A stretch of DNA of 64,000 nt from Amoeboaphelidium protococcarum X5 (GCA_023515725.1 JALDTO010000142.1:186001-250000); one strand, 5' to 3'; positions 27,985-43,505 are shown, numbered from the stretch's first letter. Notes: generated by a model not told the origin, from the sequence alone. Made by a program: numbers and translations.

Positions 27985-28917
27985 TCAAACATCGCGGCGA
28001 AAGTTGTAATTTTTTATCACAATCCGGTCCACTAGGGATGGCATGATTACATTGAGCAATTTCAACAGCCAAAAGAACTGAGGAACCCAAATCTCTCTAT
28101 GCCCACTTCGAATACCAGCATACATTTTTATGGCACAATCATCAGCAGACATGGAAAACAGGGATGATACTTTGGTTGAGCCTGAATATGACGAGGTTGC
28201 AGTCTCTGTTACCTCTAGCGAATATTTGCGGAAATCGGTCTCTATACGACCGGGACAGACAATGGACACATTTGCCCCGTAGTGAGCCAATTCAATCCTC
28301 AAAGAGTCAAAGAAGCCGTTCAGCGCGTGCTTTGTAGATGCATACAAACTCCTAGTTGGCGGACTGACATAAGCAGCGGCACTAGACACGACAACAATAT
28401 TGGACGCGGACTTCTTTATGATATCGTATGCCTGAGTAACAAAGTTAATAGGTGCAATAACATTAGTCTAATACATCTACTACAGTATGTGACCATTATC
28501 GGAACGTGAAGACAACTCCTCAACGGAAAGACACGACGTGACAGCAGCGTTCCAGACAACTTCATCCAAATTTGAATTAAAAGTGTTACGTACAGAGTCA
28601 ACAATACGAGCTATTCCATCATAGGTAGATATATCAGCAGCGACATACTCGACAAAACCAGCACCATTAAAATCTAATCTATCGGAAGTAATCTAATCAG
28701 CCAGCTACTTTAAATTTTCCACATTACGCGCGATCAGTAAAAGGTTGCATTCAGGTAATTTGCTCCCATACACTTTAGCTAGAGATGCGCCAATACCTCT
28801 ACTAGCACCGACAATGAGGACATTCTTTGGTTTTTTAGTCTTTTATTTACGCAAAATTTTGAACAGCGCTGCAGTTAAAGCAATTACGGCTCCAGTAACG
28901 AGATATCCGTTCGACAT
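27985..28917 (-). CDS. Short-chain dehydrogenase/reductase (DHRS7-like) with N-terminal anchor
   Basis: VGASRGIG, SSAAA, YASTKHALNGFFDSLRIEL, CPGRIETDF. Confidence 0.92.
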
Positions 28918-28996
28918 TGCAAGCGTGATCACCGAAAAGTTTCAACTGCGGAATGAAACGACAGGGAAAGCCTGTCACATTTAGAGTATATACATC

Positions 28997-29956
28997 ATGG
29001 ATGACTTGGATGAGTTTGATAAGATGATATAGATTCTGGATATTAAATAAGAAAAAGCCAAGAGTCTAATGTAGTAATATAGACCAGAAAAAGTTCTAAG
29101 TGTCAGCGATCTAATTAAACCTTTGTACTGCGAGGTTCAACATGAGTATTAATTGCTTACAGGACAGAGAATTGAAACAGAGTAGATGAAATAGGGAACT
29201 GAGTTTCATTTGTAACTAGAACTGGAGGTGCATGATATAGTGTAAATCGATGTGGACACTTTAGAAGATAAGTGGGCTATAAGACTGTTGAATCTGTAAC
29301 TGGCAATTTAAATGCTACTAAGCACTGGGAGAGCTAGAGAAGTACCTGTGTTTGGATACGTTGATAATGACGCGGTTCTAGTGCGCGGTGTCATTGATGA
29401 ACTGCGAATGGATGAGGATTCACAGACTATTACTATTATAGATCATAAGACTAGAAGTTCCAACTATTTGCCATCTGAATCCCAAGTTAATCAGACCAAG
29501 TTTCAATTGATGATGTACAAGTAACTATTATTGCAATTGATCGAGAACGCCCATGATCTTGCGTAATTCACGTCAAGACTGCATTTAGACAACAATAAAC
29601 AACTCAACACGCAAGTGTAAGATCATATTTAATCTATGGGCTTAGGTATGTAAAGTTACACGTTGTCTGGAATATTCGGAATTCTATCAGGCTCTCTATC
29701 CATCATCTAGAATCATTCTCATGAATTATAAATCATATATCACTTCAGTAATGCATAGACATAGAATGTGCAAATAACAGAAGATCTGAAATAACTGTAG
29801 AAATGGCTTTAAAGTTCACTCGAATTTTGGAAAAGTCTGCGTCGACCGCAAGGAGTCTGTGACTAAGATTGCTGGAAGTGTCAATCGTGTCCGTACAAGG
29901 ATATCTGCTGGTGGCGTCAAATACAACATCTACAGCATATATCGCGGGAAAATTGA
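28997..29956 (+). CDS. EXO5: Exonuclease V (Fe-S cluster)
   Basis: LSVSDL...YCEVQHEY, GTEFHLQLE, REVPVFG, GVIDEL, DHKTR, QLMMY, C-terminal WKCQSCPYKDIC. Confidence 0.93.
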
Positions 29957-30124
29957 TATTATTGTTCGAACTGATGATGTAGTAATTTATAAATTTTAAG
30001 GGATTCTGATTTTTTAATCTTACGTTTGGTGCCCCTTGATTTTTATCTTAGTTGCAATTTTCTCAATTTTCATTTTTAATCGTTTTAATTTATTGTGATA
30101 AAGCACGATATAGATTAGTGGATT

Positions 30125-31120
30125 ATGAGCGATTAATAGCAGGATTAGTCTACTCACCTAGAGAATATGGAGCTTCAGCTAACAGAGGCGTAGTAAGAAT
30201 AGCTGCAGCTGTAAGAACAGCATGATATTTTAGAAGAGGCTCTTAATTTGTCATCCGCGGCATAGCAAGAGCCAATCGCTGAACAAGTCCATTTCTAACC
30301 GACGCCAGTTGATCCTGTGGCGATTTTAAAATTGGTGTAAGCTCGCTGTGCAGATTAGCCAGATTATTACCCAAAGCTGGTCGAGTATCTTAATGATTTA
30401 TCTTAAGATTATACCAAGTTGAAGGATTTTCTGGATCATTGCGTGGAGTTGCTATAAAATTATCCAGATTTGGTAATGTAACTAAATCAGTTCCTCCCTG
30501 AAGGATATGCAGTATTATATGATCCATAATCTCAAGATTCGGCGTTTAATATAGTGCAACCTGCGGAGGTTGCAAGTGCTGAGATGATATAGCACGCGAT
30601 TTAACCATTGATTGATTCGATTACTGCTGAAGAGGTTATGCGTCCTCTTGGTTCGCAGTTTGAGCCCACTTTGGGAGATGCCAAGGCTTTCCTATAGCTG
30701 GTAAAGGCGCGTGTTGAGAATCCGAAGATTTATGACGATTTTATGGATGCAATGGAGGAGCATCGTAGGAGCCGGTCCAAGAAGAAGACCAGAAAATTGA
30801 AGAACAAGGTGGTAAATCTCCTGAATGATTATCCCGATCTCTTATTCGTTATGCGTCTATTTCTGCCTGAGGAGGAGTAGATCTCGGTTGAAGCATCATC
30901 ACTGTCACTAGTACAATACAGTCCTCTGCTACCATTATACGCGCGATTTGTGCAGGAAGTATTTGTGCCTATCCCAGCCATCACTGGTCTTCTCCACTCT
31001 GAACTTATGAATGCTGCCACTGATTTGCAAAATTCCAATGTCGCTGATTTGCTCGAAGTTCACACCACTGATAATTAGAATGAATAGCAGGAAGATGTCG
31101 CTCCTGCGGTGGGACAATGA
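30125..31120 (+). CDS. Stand-alone protein with two PAH (paired amphipathic helix) domains (331 aa)
   Basis: LKLVQARC...LLQNYPDLVMQLNQFLP and DAKAFLQLVKARV..IYDDFMDAM...LLNDYPDLLFVMRLFLP; no HDAC-interaction domain before TGA. Confidence 0.8.
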
Positions 31121-31211
31121 AGTTTTTATATGTTATTATTATTGTTTTCATTTGCATTATCTTTTAATTGCTTTAGCTCCTTAGCATTCAATCACAAAAT
31201 TTAGTTGCGCG

Positions 31212-31928
31212 ATGACTTTTGGTTTATTATAGATTGGTGAAAGTTAGTATAAGTACAGTTTGAGTAATGTGATTGACGTGTCGAGGAGGATAAGTTCTGC
31301 TAGTGAAACTACAGCCTTTGGACTTGGTGCGCTTAAAATCCAGAAGTTATGCAGTGTAAGTGATGGCGCGTCAGTCAACTGCTCGTCTGTGCAACTTATT
31401 CCTCACGCCCACTCAACGCATACCGAGTGTGTTGGTCACATAAATAGAGAAGCTACTAACATCTCAGATCTCATAGCATAAGTTCCACCTTTGATGCTCT
31501 GTCAAGTAGTTTCAGTAGAAAGTGTGTAAATTGACAATGGCGATCAAGTTGTGAATCTATCTGATACCACGTTGCAACCGGGTGTTCAAGCTTTGATGAT
31601 CAATGTCATTGGACAGAGTAAGAATATGGACTATAGTGGCTCTAATCCGCCGTATCTTGATGCCGAGTCTATTACTTCGCTGCGACTTTAGTGTCCATCA
31701 TTGAAACATTTGTTGACGAACCTGCCCAGTGTGGATCGAGAGGATGATGGTGGCAAGCTGCAGGCCCACAAAGCTCTGTTTGATCAGAATCCACATGGTA
31801 CTATAACTGAGCTGTGCTATATTCCGGATGCGATATAGGAAGGTCTCTATATTCTCAACCTTCAAATGATGCCACTTGAAATGGACGCGACAACTTCGCG
31901 GCCTCTTCTCTTCCCCATCTCATCCTGA
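31212..31928 (+). CDS. Cyclase family / kynurenine formamidase (KynB)-like metal hydrolase, bacterial type
   Basis: ASVNC...PHAHSTHTECVGHI, NPPYL, LPSVDREDDGGKLQAHK, TITEL, GLYILNLQ, DATTSRP. Confidence 0.88.
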
Positions 31929-31983
31929 TCTTTATCATTATCGAATGATAATTGATAGTGAATATCAAATAAAATAAATAAAT

Positions 31984-32586
31984 ATGGTTGCTGTAATTGA
32001 ATTGAGATTATTAGATCAGCGGATTATATTTGATAAAAATAAGAACAATATATTTGATATATGGCATCACGTAGAGAATGTATTATAATCGGATTGTTTT
32101 CGATTGACAACCTTGGGTGGTGCACTGATATCTTCTAATGATAATCTGCGAAATTATGAGACAATATGTGTTAGATTAAATGTACTTGGTGGTAAAGGCG
32201 GATTTAAGAATTAGCTTAGAAGTATGGCTAATAAAATGGATCGTCGAAGGACAGATAATAATGAGGAATGCCGTGACTTGAGTGGCACCAAGTTGAAAGT
32301 CGAGCGTCAGGCTGAAAAGTTGGCCGACTTTTAGTTGAAATCTGTACAGAATAGTAGTAGTAGTAGTAAGAGCAGAAATGAAGACAGAATGAAGAAGTTG
32401 TAAAAGAAGATTTCGTAAAAGACTAGGGCCATACCAGACGCATAGCCAGTGGAAATAGGCGAAGAACTGTTTGAGTCTAAAGATTTCGTCGTTCAGAACA
32501 CGCGCCGAATGGTCGTCAAGTCTCTCCTTCTGCGGAAGAATGACACAAAGTCTCCGAACAATAATGACGATGATTCTAAAAAGTGA
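31984..32586 (+). CDS. SDE2: Sde2 (ubiquitin-fold-activated splicing factor), 200 aa
   Basis: Ubl domain ending VLGG-KGGFKNQLRSMA, then NEECRDLSG. Confidence 0.9.
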
Positions 32587-32726
32587 CGTGTATATTGGTT
32601 TAAATTTACTTCCATTTGTTTGACATATATATTCTTTCTAGTCTTTACTTGCTTAGTTCAACCGACTTTTACTACTCTATATCAAATTACAATAATTACT
32701 ACACTCTTTGACGCGTGTCTTTCGGT

Positions 32727-33061
32727 ATGACTTTTAAGATTAATGCATGTGTGCAGGTTACTCCCATGGGAAAGGAGCAGAAATCGGTAAGATAAAACAT
32801 ATACAGTATATATTTACCTTATGATAAGTCGTGATGATCAAGCACTTGTCTGTGTAGCTGAAGAAGGAAATTGAAATGTGTCGTTAAACATTTGAAACAA
32901 GCGGTTTGAAGCCGTAGACAAATCAGGTGGCGACCACGGTGGAATTGGAGTCACCAAAGCAGTTGACGTCCCCTCTTAATGAGATACTGCTGAACCTAAA
33001 GAAGGATGGCTGGTAGAGTGCATCAGTGGCCATTCTGATGGAGTCTGAATTGAGTGAGTGA
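32727..33061 (+). CDS. Small thiamine-binding (UPF0045/Ecm15/YkoF)-like protein, intron 32787-32857
   Basis: ACVQVTPMG...IEMCRQTFETSGLKP...ATTVE pattern; 87 aa; 3' end uncertain because GTGAGT could be a further donor. Confidence 0.5.
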
Positions 33062-33441
33062 GTGAGTTTAAGCTGAATCTCGTGGCATAATGTAAAGTCT
33101 CGTAGCGGTCATGTTGAATTGCGACGACTAAAAACTGTGAATATTGTTAAATGAATTTATTTACCTACTGAATTTTTATTAGAGCTTTTTCATTTCAGCA
33201 GCAAGGCGGAATATTCACCTTTGTCAATATCCCAGCGAACGTGTTATGTCGGAGAGTTTGATAGCGAACGACGAGGCTGGTGTTACAACAAGTCACTGAT
33301 GCACATATCAAATAATGCAACGAGAAAACTTGAAAGCGTAAACGATATGAATGAAAACTGCCAATTGAATAAGTAAATGATTAGTAAAAATATATAATTA
33401 TTTATAGTGATATAAAGTTAATAGATACTCGCACACCTTAA

Positions 33442-34506
33442 TCAGCGGATGATGCGCAAGTCTCTCACACGATCAGGCGCGTACTCATCCTTGTACTTAT
33501 CGAAAATCTCCTATAGAGCATCAACGTACTTTCCATGATATTCAGCGATCAACTCTGGAGAAGGATTTTCAGTTTTGGGGACACTTATTGGTTTTCCAAC
33601 AACAGTGATAATTGGGCGACGACGTGGTAAGAATCCAAAATCGTACTAGAAGAATCCTCGTCCATACGGAATACATGGAGCTATACTCACATATTTCAGG
33701 AACCATTATTGCCACTTACGCAGAACAGTACCATCAGAATTGGCAACTTGGTTAAAAATGTCATTCTCACCGAAACTTAGCACCGGCACCAGATCGCAGC
33801 CGTTAGATAACGCCACCTTTATGAAACCGCGACGCTTATTCAATGTTAAGTCAATGGTACCAGGATGCGCATCAAGCGCCTCTCTTGCACCACCAGGAAC
33901 CAATATAATAGAATTACCTTTTGCTACACATATGTAGTCATGTAATAAAAAAATAAATATGTTAAATCAATTAGGAATCCATCAATGAATACCTTTCTTC
34001 AAGATGTAGTCGCAACTCTTGCGCGACACTGAGCATATACCAGACGCGAGTAAAAACTCTCTCCAGATGGGGAAGCGGAAGTTGGCATTCAAAGTTAGTG
34101 CATGTATTTTAATGCCGGGGAATACTTTGGAGACGTTATTTGCTTCAGTGCAAAAGTTAATCCAGAGACCAGTAGCGATAATGCCATGAGGATGGTAACC
34201 AAATATGTAATTTCTCTCAGGATCAAGATCAGCTTCTTTAACCAGTCTGCATGGGAAGTAATTGCGCATCTGCAACCAGAACTTGCTCTTACGGACCCAG
34301 TCCAATCTTCTGCCGCCATGCTCGGGAGCGGAATCAAAGTAAACGTATATAGCGTATGCAATCAGTACCGGATAAGTCACAGGAGTTAGCAGGCAGAATA
34401 TGGTGACCGCGAGATTAATAAAGAACAGAGACGCTGTAATTGCCACCGATAGAGTTTCTATTCTTCTATGGAACGGGACGTTCAGCGGAGCGAAACTTAT
34501 CGACAT
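33442..34506 (-). CDS. DGA1: Diacylglycerol O-acyltransferase 2, intron 33924-33992
   Basis: FAPLNVP..RR, YFP, YHPHG, VPGGAREAL, RRGFIKVAL, LVPVLSFGEND. Confidence 0.96.
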
Positions 34507-35910
34507 TATACTTCTAGAGTGAGGATTAGTGATGTGTGCGCAGTGTAATCACGGTATTGTCGGAGCAGAATGGATAGTAACAACCAACAACGAACAGTTC
34601 GCGAGTTATGCGGAGAGTGCTAAGCCGCAGATTTTAAATTCACACGCGATCGATTGAAAAGGGAATGGAAGATGCTACTAGAGACTTGACATTACGATTA
34701 ATTTATATTTTCATTCTTAAAATGTTGCATCAATTCATTGGCAGTCATTATATGTGAATGTTTCAAATGCGCATGTTTGATACCAAGCCATCCACTTGAG
34801 CACTTGAGGTAGAGAGTGTTACTTAGCGAACTGTGATAATACGTCAACTGATCAGTTTCAAAGATTTGTGGACATAGTAACCTCAGCTATTTATCCGATT
34901 CTTCAGGAGATAAAATCTCATTTACATAGACATCCGAATAGAATAATTTGGTGTGTATAGTAAACTAGTGTCCAATTGCCAGATGTCTCCTGTATATACT
35001 TGCCGCAGACATCTTCAAAGGATCAACAAACGCGAGCGAACTCTTAATTTTGGGAGCCTTGGCGGTTCTATTAGAATCATCACCCAAATTTATGGAATCT
35101 TGAGATTAAGCCCTTTTAGAATATTAAGAGAAATTATGAGTGACAGATACCAAGTCGGAAGCACCGATAGCTGCAAATTAACGATGAAGATCTCCATATG
35201 AAATGTACTAAGGCATTTCTACACGCGTCTACTTGTACACTTTGCCAACGTCAAACTGATAAGGATGAAGCGATATTATGGAGACACCACCAACTTTATC
35301 GCCATTCAATATTTGATATTGCAACGGAGCAGCTCCTCTATATCTACATTATTAAAAGATGGAAAATAAGATTAAGCCTTTCTCTAAATATTCATCATAC
35401 TTTGGTAATAAGGATGGATGTACATTTAATGTGCCCAATCTAAATCGCTATATCAAATCTGCAGATAATTTATGACCAAAGGACACTACAACGCCAAAAT
35501 CAAACTTTTATTAACCAAAATTGACATCAATAGCTCTATGATCAACGCGGTCAGTGATTGGTTAATGGAGCGTCAACTGATGTGCAAGAGCAAATCGTTC
35601 CAAAGGTACTTGAGGAGCTACACAACCAAAATTTTTATATTCTAAACACACTTAGCTTTTTATTGGAAATTACCTAAAGATTAATCAATTGACGCGTGTT
35701 ACCTTGATGGAGTAACAACTTCTATTCTATCAATCACACTATCAGTTCTCTCTACAAGAGTTAGTAATGAGATCGCTCATATCAAAGTTATTCGATTAAA
35801 ACTATACGCTTACATCTATATCGCAGAAGGGCTTTAAGTGACGTGACTGAGAAGTCGCAGCTCCCAAAGAATAACACAGACTTTTTAGCTTACTTGCTGA
35901 TCGTTGTCAT
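34482..35910 (-). CDS. FMT1: Mitochondrial methionyl-tRNA formyltransferase; introns 35752-35813, 35618-35673, 35344-35400; 3' end uncertain
   Basis: VLFFGSCDFS, GVVVSFG, LNVHPSLLPKYRGAAP, FDVG, APKI. Similarity fades near 34700, but the first in-frame TGA is at 34484-34482. Confidence 0.88.
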
Positions 35911-36049
35911 TGCCTTCGACTTTGATCTAAGTTATGGTCAAAAAGTGAAAGTGAAAAATTACAGCGCCAATAAAGCTGAGCAAATAAAACGCGATAACTA
36001 ATGTAAATTAATACGAAAGAGAGACAATGAATATCAACTTTACTAATTA

Positions 36050-36481
36050 TCACTTGTACCATACATCGTCCTTACTCCTCATATGGATCGGAATCTCATA
36101 GTCGGGAGCATCGGGGATAGTCTTCTTATAACCAAAGTTCTTGTACATGCACTGATTGAGCATCTTCTCCTGATCTCTGCACTTCCAGTAGTAGTTGTTG
36201 TTCTATTGTAGACATTTCCAGTGCGAATCAAAAGAATCTTTGCATTTATCATCAGTCTTCTGCACAAGATCTCTGACACATCTGCTCACACGGCGACCTT
36301 CCAGTGCACACATCGCTGGATCACCATTATCTCGCTTGCACAACATGTAGTCATCGTTGTAATCCTTGCAGTGTTCATTAATGAAATAGGCGATACTAAC
36401 CAGAGGAGTCTATGTAGTCTCCAACTCTTTGAAAGACTCTGGAGTAGGATTTTTGTAATCAGGAGAGTATGAACTTGTCAT
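36050..36481 (-). CDS. NDUFA8: Complex I subunit NDUFA8 (20.8 kDa, quadruple CX9C)
   Basis: AYFINEHCKDYNDDYMLCK...CALEGRRVSRC...CKDSFDSHWKCL...CRDQEKMLNQC. Confidence 0.93.
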
Positions 36482-36678
36482 TCTTATGTTTTAGCACTCT
36501 AGTTATGAGTAGATTTAGTATGGAGAATAATGAGAGAACGACTGTCGACAGAACGCCAGTAAAAATGTGTCGCGTCCGCCTTTTGTTCTTTCGCGCAGAG
36601 TTTTTCTCAAATCGTTCTTTCAGAAAATATTTGCTTAATTCTATTCCAGTGAATTATCAGCGCAGAACGAGAGATAAG

Positions 36679-37127
36679 ATGGCAGATTCTAATGACACAA
36701 TAGTTGATAATAAACGGGTAGTGATTCTAAAATCTAATGATGGATAATTGTTTGAGTTGGAACGGGACGTGGCCATGGGTTCAGGCACTCTGCGGGGCAT
36801 GTTGGAGTCTTCACGTAAATTTTTTTTAATTATCGTTTTAAAATGTTGATTTTGATCAATCTCTATTCTGATCTGTGTGTAGAGGATGATTCCAACGACT
36901 CATCTGAGCCAGTGTTATTACCATCATTGAAGTAATATTTACCCATAGTTATGACATTGTAAAAGTATTTATTATTAATTTGTAGTGGAGCAATACTTGC
37001 CAAAGTGATTGATTATTTGAGATACAAGGCTCAATATTCTAATTCAAAATCTCAGATACCAGAATTTGACATTGATCCTGCAATTGCACTCGATCTGTTG
37101 ATGGCTGCAGACTATCTTGATTGTTGA
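36679..37127 (+). CDS. ELC1: Elongin C; introns 36815-36882, 36932-36985
   Basis: LKSNDG, AMGSGTLRGML, ILAKVIDYL, IPEFDIDPAIALDLLMAADYLDC*. Confidence 0.94.
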
Positions 37128-37483
37128 TATATATAATGTATGAAATATGTTTATTGATTAAGAAGATTAAAAGATTTCACATATTTACGCGGTCTCTTTT
37201 AAAGCCATTTTCGGTAATACTTTACTGTGGGTGTTCTTCTTTCGTCGCAGAAAGCTGCTCTTAGCCTTTTACAAAGGAAACGACGACTATTTCTCTCGGC
37301 CCTATTTTGTTTCAGCCAGCTATTTTTTAAGTTTTCCCACGACGAACGTTCGAGCGCTCTGTCGGCCGGCGTCAAACAACAACAAAACTTAATCGAACTA
37401 ATAAGCCCTCATTCCGCGCGATTGCTTGACGTATTAAGTAAGTCTTTAACAATAAATCACTCTGAATTTATATTAAAATTATC

Positions 37484-39367
<1,884 letters not shown>

Positions 39368-39493
39368 TTTGGTGTGTGCATTTGTATTATTATTATTTGA
39401 AATGAACGAGATGTTAGTTGCTCAGCGTTAGTATTAATGAAATATCTTATCTGAATATAGCAGTCTATGCGCGCATCTTTTCATTCATCATCA

Positions 39494-40519
39494 TCATTAT
39501 TTTAAAGTTAGTCTATAATCTTGTACAATACTATTTGTGCCAACAATAAATACATACACTCCGCCTAATACGTGCCACATTGGATGAGTGACAGCGACGC
39601 CCTTTCGATCGAGGATGAAACAGATCACGGCCGATATTCCAATCAGATCTATTACCCAATTCGTCATTGGAATCTACGCGTTAAATCTTGTACCCAGCAT
39701 GAGGAACGGTGTAATAACAGAAATGGTCTTGGTGGCCAGCATAGCAGTTGATTTATCCCATCTGTAGATGAACAGGAGTAGAAGCGCCAAGAATCCGGGC
39801 ATTGTCAATGCTAAATACATCAAATCAAAGTCTGAGCATAATTGTCCACAAAGTTGAGATATCCAAACGGTATCAAGCCATTATTATTATTATTATTAAG
39901 AATAAAAGTCTCTTGCGTGAACCTTCCATACAGAGCACGCGAGAAGATACGCCATTACTGTAGCAAAGCCGGCATCGAGAGAACTGTAAATCTTGCAAAG
40001 ACATTGGTGATACTTGGTGGACATTATCGCTGTAAACACACTAAAACATAGGCACAGATGAGTAAAGAACGTGAATTCAACTTTTTGAGGTGTGGCTGTT
40101 AGTGCCTTGTTAGTATCTTGGACTAAGATTAAGAATGAAGTATTCAATGGATATATGTATAGTAGTGCTGGCAAAGCAAATGCCGGACTTGTGACTGTGC
40201 ACCAAAATTCAGCTACGTGTTTGCTCATTGCATACTTTGGTTCCATAGTGACCACATTAGCTTTTCTGAACATTCGCTAAAATACTGTAGCATGAATATG
40301 ATGGTGCTTGACGGCATTCTTTTTGTCATAGTGGTGCTACTTCTTATCGCTATCATCATCTTCTTTATCATTCAATTGCTGACGAAAGTCAACATGTAGA
40401 TCATTATCTTGACTCGATTTGGTTGGCTTCCGTTGTTTCAACTGGGATGGCGGAGTCTCCAGGAATTTAAACCAAACTTGCAACACTTCAATCGGAGTAC
40501 TTATAGATACTCTAGACAT
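39494..40519 (-). CDS. Alkaline ceramidase / CREST-superfamily membrane hydrolase
   Basis: EPKYAMSKHVAEFWCTVTS, STKYH, LD, HPMWH. Contains six consecutive in-frame TAA (poly-Gln) at 39898-39881. Confidence 0.8.
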
Positions 40520-40939
40520 TCTTTGTTGATTTATACTGCTACTATACTACTTCAACTAGATACACTTACACACTTACATGATATTGTAAAATCAAAAGCA
40601 TGAATTTGTGGAATGCTAATCACCTCCCACAATACGTCGTTGCCATAGAAATGATACACACGCGGTTAACATGCGATCATAGTTAAGACGCCCTGACAGT
40701 TGCAATAATAAAAGTGAAGAATTATCTGCATAGCATTATATTTTTATTTAGTCTTTTGTTTATCATTATCATTTCATCGCGTCGTATACGCATTATATCA
40801 TTGTTTTTTAACGTCAATCATCAGTCAATCATTCAGCCGCGCCATGGACACCAATACAACCATCAATCAATCATATCAATCAAGATAGATTGATAGATAG
40901 ACAGTAAAAGATCGGTGATGTCCCTTCAACATTTCAACC

Positions 40940-43246
40940 TCATTCAGAACTCTTATTCCCTTGCTACTACTGTTTCTAATGATGAATTTAATTTGCTTAG
41001 TTTACGCGCTAATCCATGAAGGACGGATCTGATTAGGTTTATAAATCTTCCAAACGCAGCTCCTCATCCATTTCAGACACCATCTGCAATGGACTAGAGT
41101 AAGAATACGTCTATGAACCACCTCTTGAGCCAGAACCAAAATTATTGCCACTGCCAATACTGAAATTGCTGTTATTACTGCTATTAATACTACCATTACC
41201 ATTGTTACTAACCAAAGGACTGTAACCACTACTACTAAACGCTGAACCAAACAAAGCACTAGAATAACCATTAAAAGATTTACTACTGGAAGACAACAAA
41301 CTAGGAGCATTCTTGACACTACTTTAACTTAGATTCTGCATTTAAGACTGACGCTACTATTGTGGCTATTACTGATATTGCTACTACTATTGAGATTGCT
41401 GTTACTGTTATTAATGAGGTGCCACGTTCCCGTTACCACCAGTAGATGATGCACCAATACTGTTACTCATCACAGGGGAATCAGCCACCAGAGCAGGTGA
41501 CCATTTACTTTTCATAAACGCGCCGGTAGAACTACCATAACCACCTCCATTAGAGACACCACTTTGACTAGCACCGGATATACTGAAGTTTGGAGTACCA
41601 GCAGAGTTGGTCAATGAATCAGACAGGCCATTCATATTCCAAGTAGAGTCGTACATTCCAGACTGTGTAACCATAGCAGGGGGTGGCAACTGTGGAGTGG
41701 CAGCAGACTGGTGATATTGCAACTAGTTCATTTCCCACGGCTTTGGCTTCTTGCAATTCTTACTACTATGTCCATTCTGATTACAATTGTAGCAAAACAG
41801 CTGGTCTCTCGGGCAATCCTTGTGCAAGTGACCAGAATCACCACAACCATAGCAATATCTTGTCGGCTGAGGAGGTGTGGACATGTGCGGAGTACCACCC
41901 TGGGACTACATCAAATATCTATACGAAGGATCATAACCACCACTGATAGTCTGTCTATGTACGCGTTCATGATGTACAGGATACTGATGCTGATACATCT
42001 ACTGCTGCATCATTTACTACTACTACTACTATGGGTATTGGTGGTGAGTATACATCGCACCGGAAACGTACTACTGTTGACTCATAGGAGGTGTTGGTAT
42101 TTGATAAGTACTCAGACTGTAAGCCTTCTTTCTACCACCAGCACCACTGCTATTGCGAACTACAGAACCATCATAACCTCCAGATTGGGCAGCAGCAGAT
42201 TTAGAATCCATAGCAGGACTCGACAGGTGATTCAACATCATTGATGGAGGCAGATGAACACGCACAGTACCGATATCATAATTACGTAGCATGGCATAAT
42301 GACCACTCAACATGAGACCCTTCTCAGTGTTTTAACCAGCAGGAGCAAACGCGCCAGGTGCAATTTGATTAACAGCAGATGCAGCCACATTAAAAGCATC
42401 ATCATTATGCACCAAAGTCTTACTAAAAGTCACTGAAAAGAAGGACTCTCCAGGTGCGTAATCATCCTGAACGAATATCATCTCATACTACTTGATATCG
42501 CTCTTCTCCACAGCCAAAATCTTGCCAGTAGCATTAATAGTCTTCCTAACCTCCTGAATACCCTTGAAAGTGATCACAATTCTGGACTTGATCTCTTTGT
42601 AAACTCTTCTACTACCATCAGCCAGAGTCTGAGACTACTACTACTATGATGGATCTTACAGAGTCAATTCTTGAGAATGAGAAATATCAGATGCGGAGGT
42701 ATCACTCTAATTAGAAGCATCGGAGTTGGATCTCGCCACCTTGATGGTATCACGAAGAGCTGTGTGAAGACTATTTGATGCATTAACTGTCGCGTCTGCC
42801 ACATTGACTTACGGGGACTCTTTATCACCAACACCACCAGCGGCAGTAGATGCATTACTTTATAAAGTGCTTACTGATTTACCACCTTTGCTGTTGTTAT
42901 TATTATTATTCTAACGCTCCTTCTAGTCTCTACTGATAACTGACGAGTAAGTGATCTGTGATGGAGTCGGCGCCGCGTTTAACGCATGATTCGGAGGCGT
43001 CAGAGGAGCATTAGCAGCAGATTATTGAACTTATTTGTCTTCCACTCCTCCACCAACAGATGATGATGTCAAATCGGCACTATCAGCAGATCCAGATCCA
43101 TTGCTATTATCAGTCTTCTCATCCAAAAGATCATGAATAGATGATACATTGAGCAGTGTTATCATGAAATCACCATTGATCTGTGGATTCAGCATACTTT
43201 TGAACGTGCCAGGCAGCACCACACCATTATTTCCATTCTAATTCAT
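40940..43246 (-). CDS. Hypothetical protein (768 aa), mostly Q/S/N/H low complexity
   Basis: One TGA-free frame joining track ORFs 43031..43222, 42071..42313, 41411..41722 and 41111..41299; one ordered-looking block near 42260-42610. Confidence 0.75.
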
Positions 43247-43505
43247 AATTATTCAAATAGATTCCAGATCAGTGATAACGTGTTGTTGATATATTGTATA
43301 TATGTGTGTCTATCGGTCAAGGTATCTATCAGGAATATATATATTTTGCAGGAGTAACAACGCGTCTCGGGATCAATTGAGCTAGTGAGATGTGTTGTTG
43401 TAGATGACGGTTATTATTCTTCGGTAGGCTAAGCTTGACGATGAGAATAATTGTACGCCCAATTTATCACGGTGCAAGACTAATTGCCTCTGCTTAAGAG
43501 TAAGT

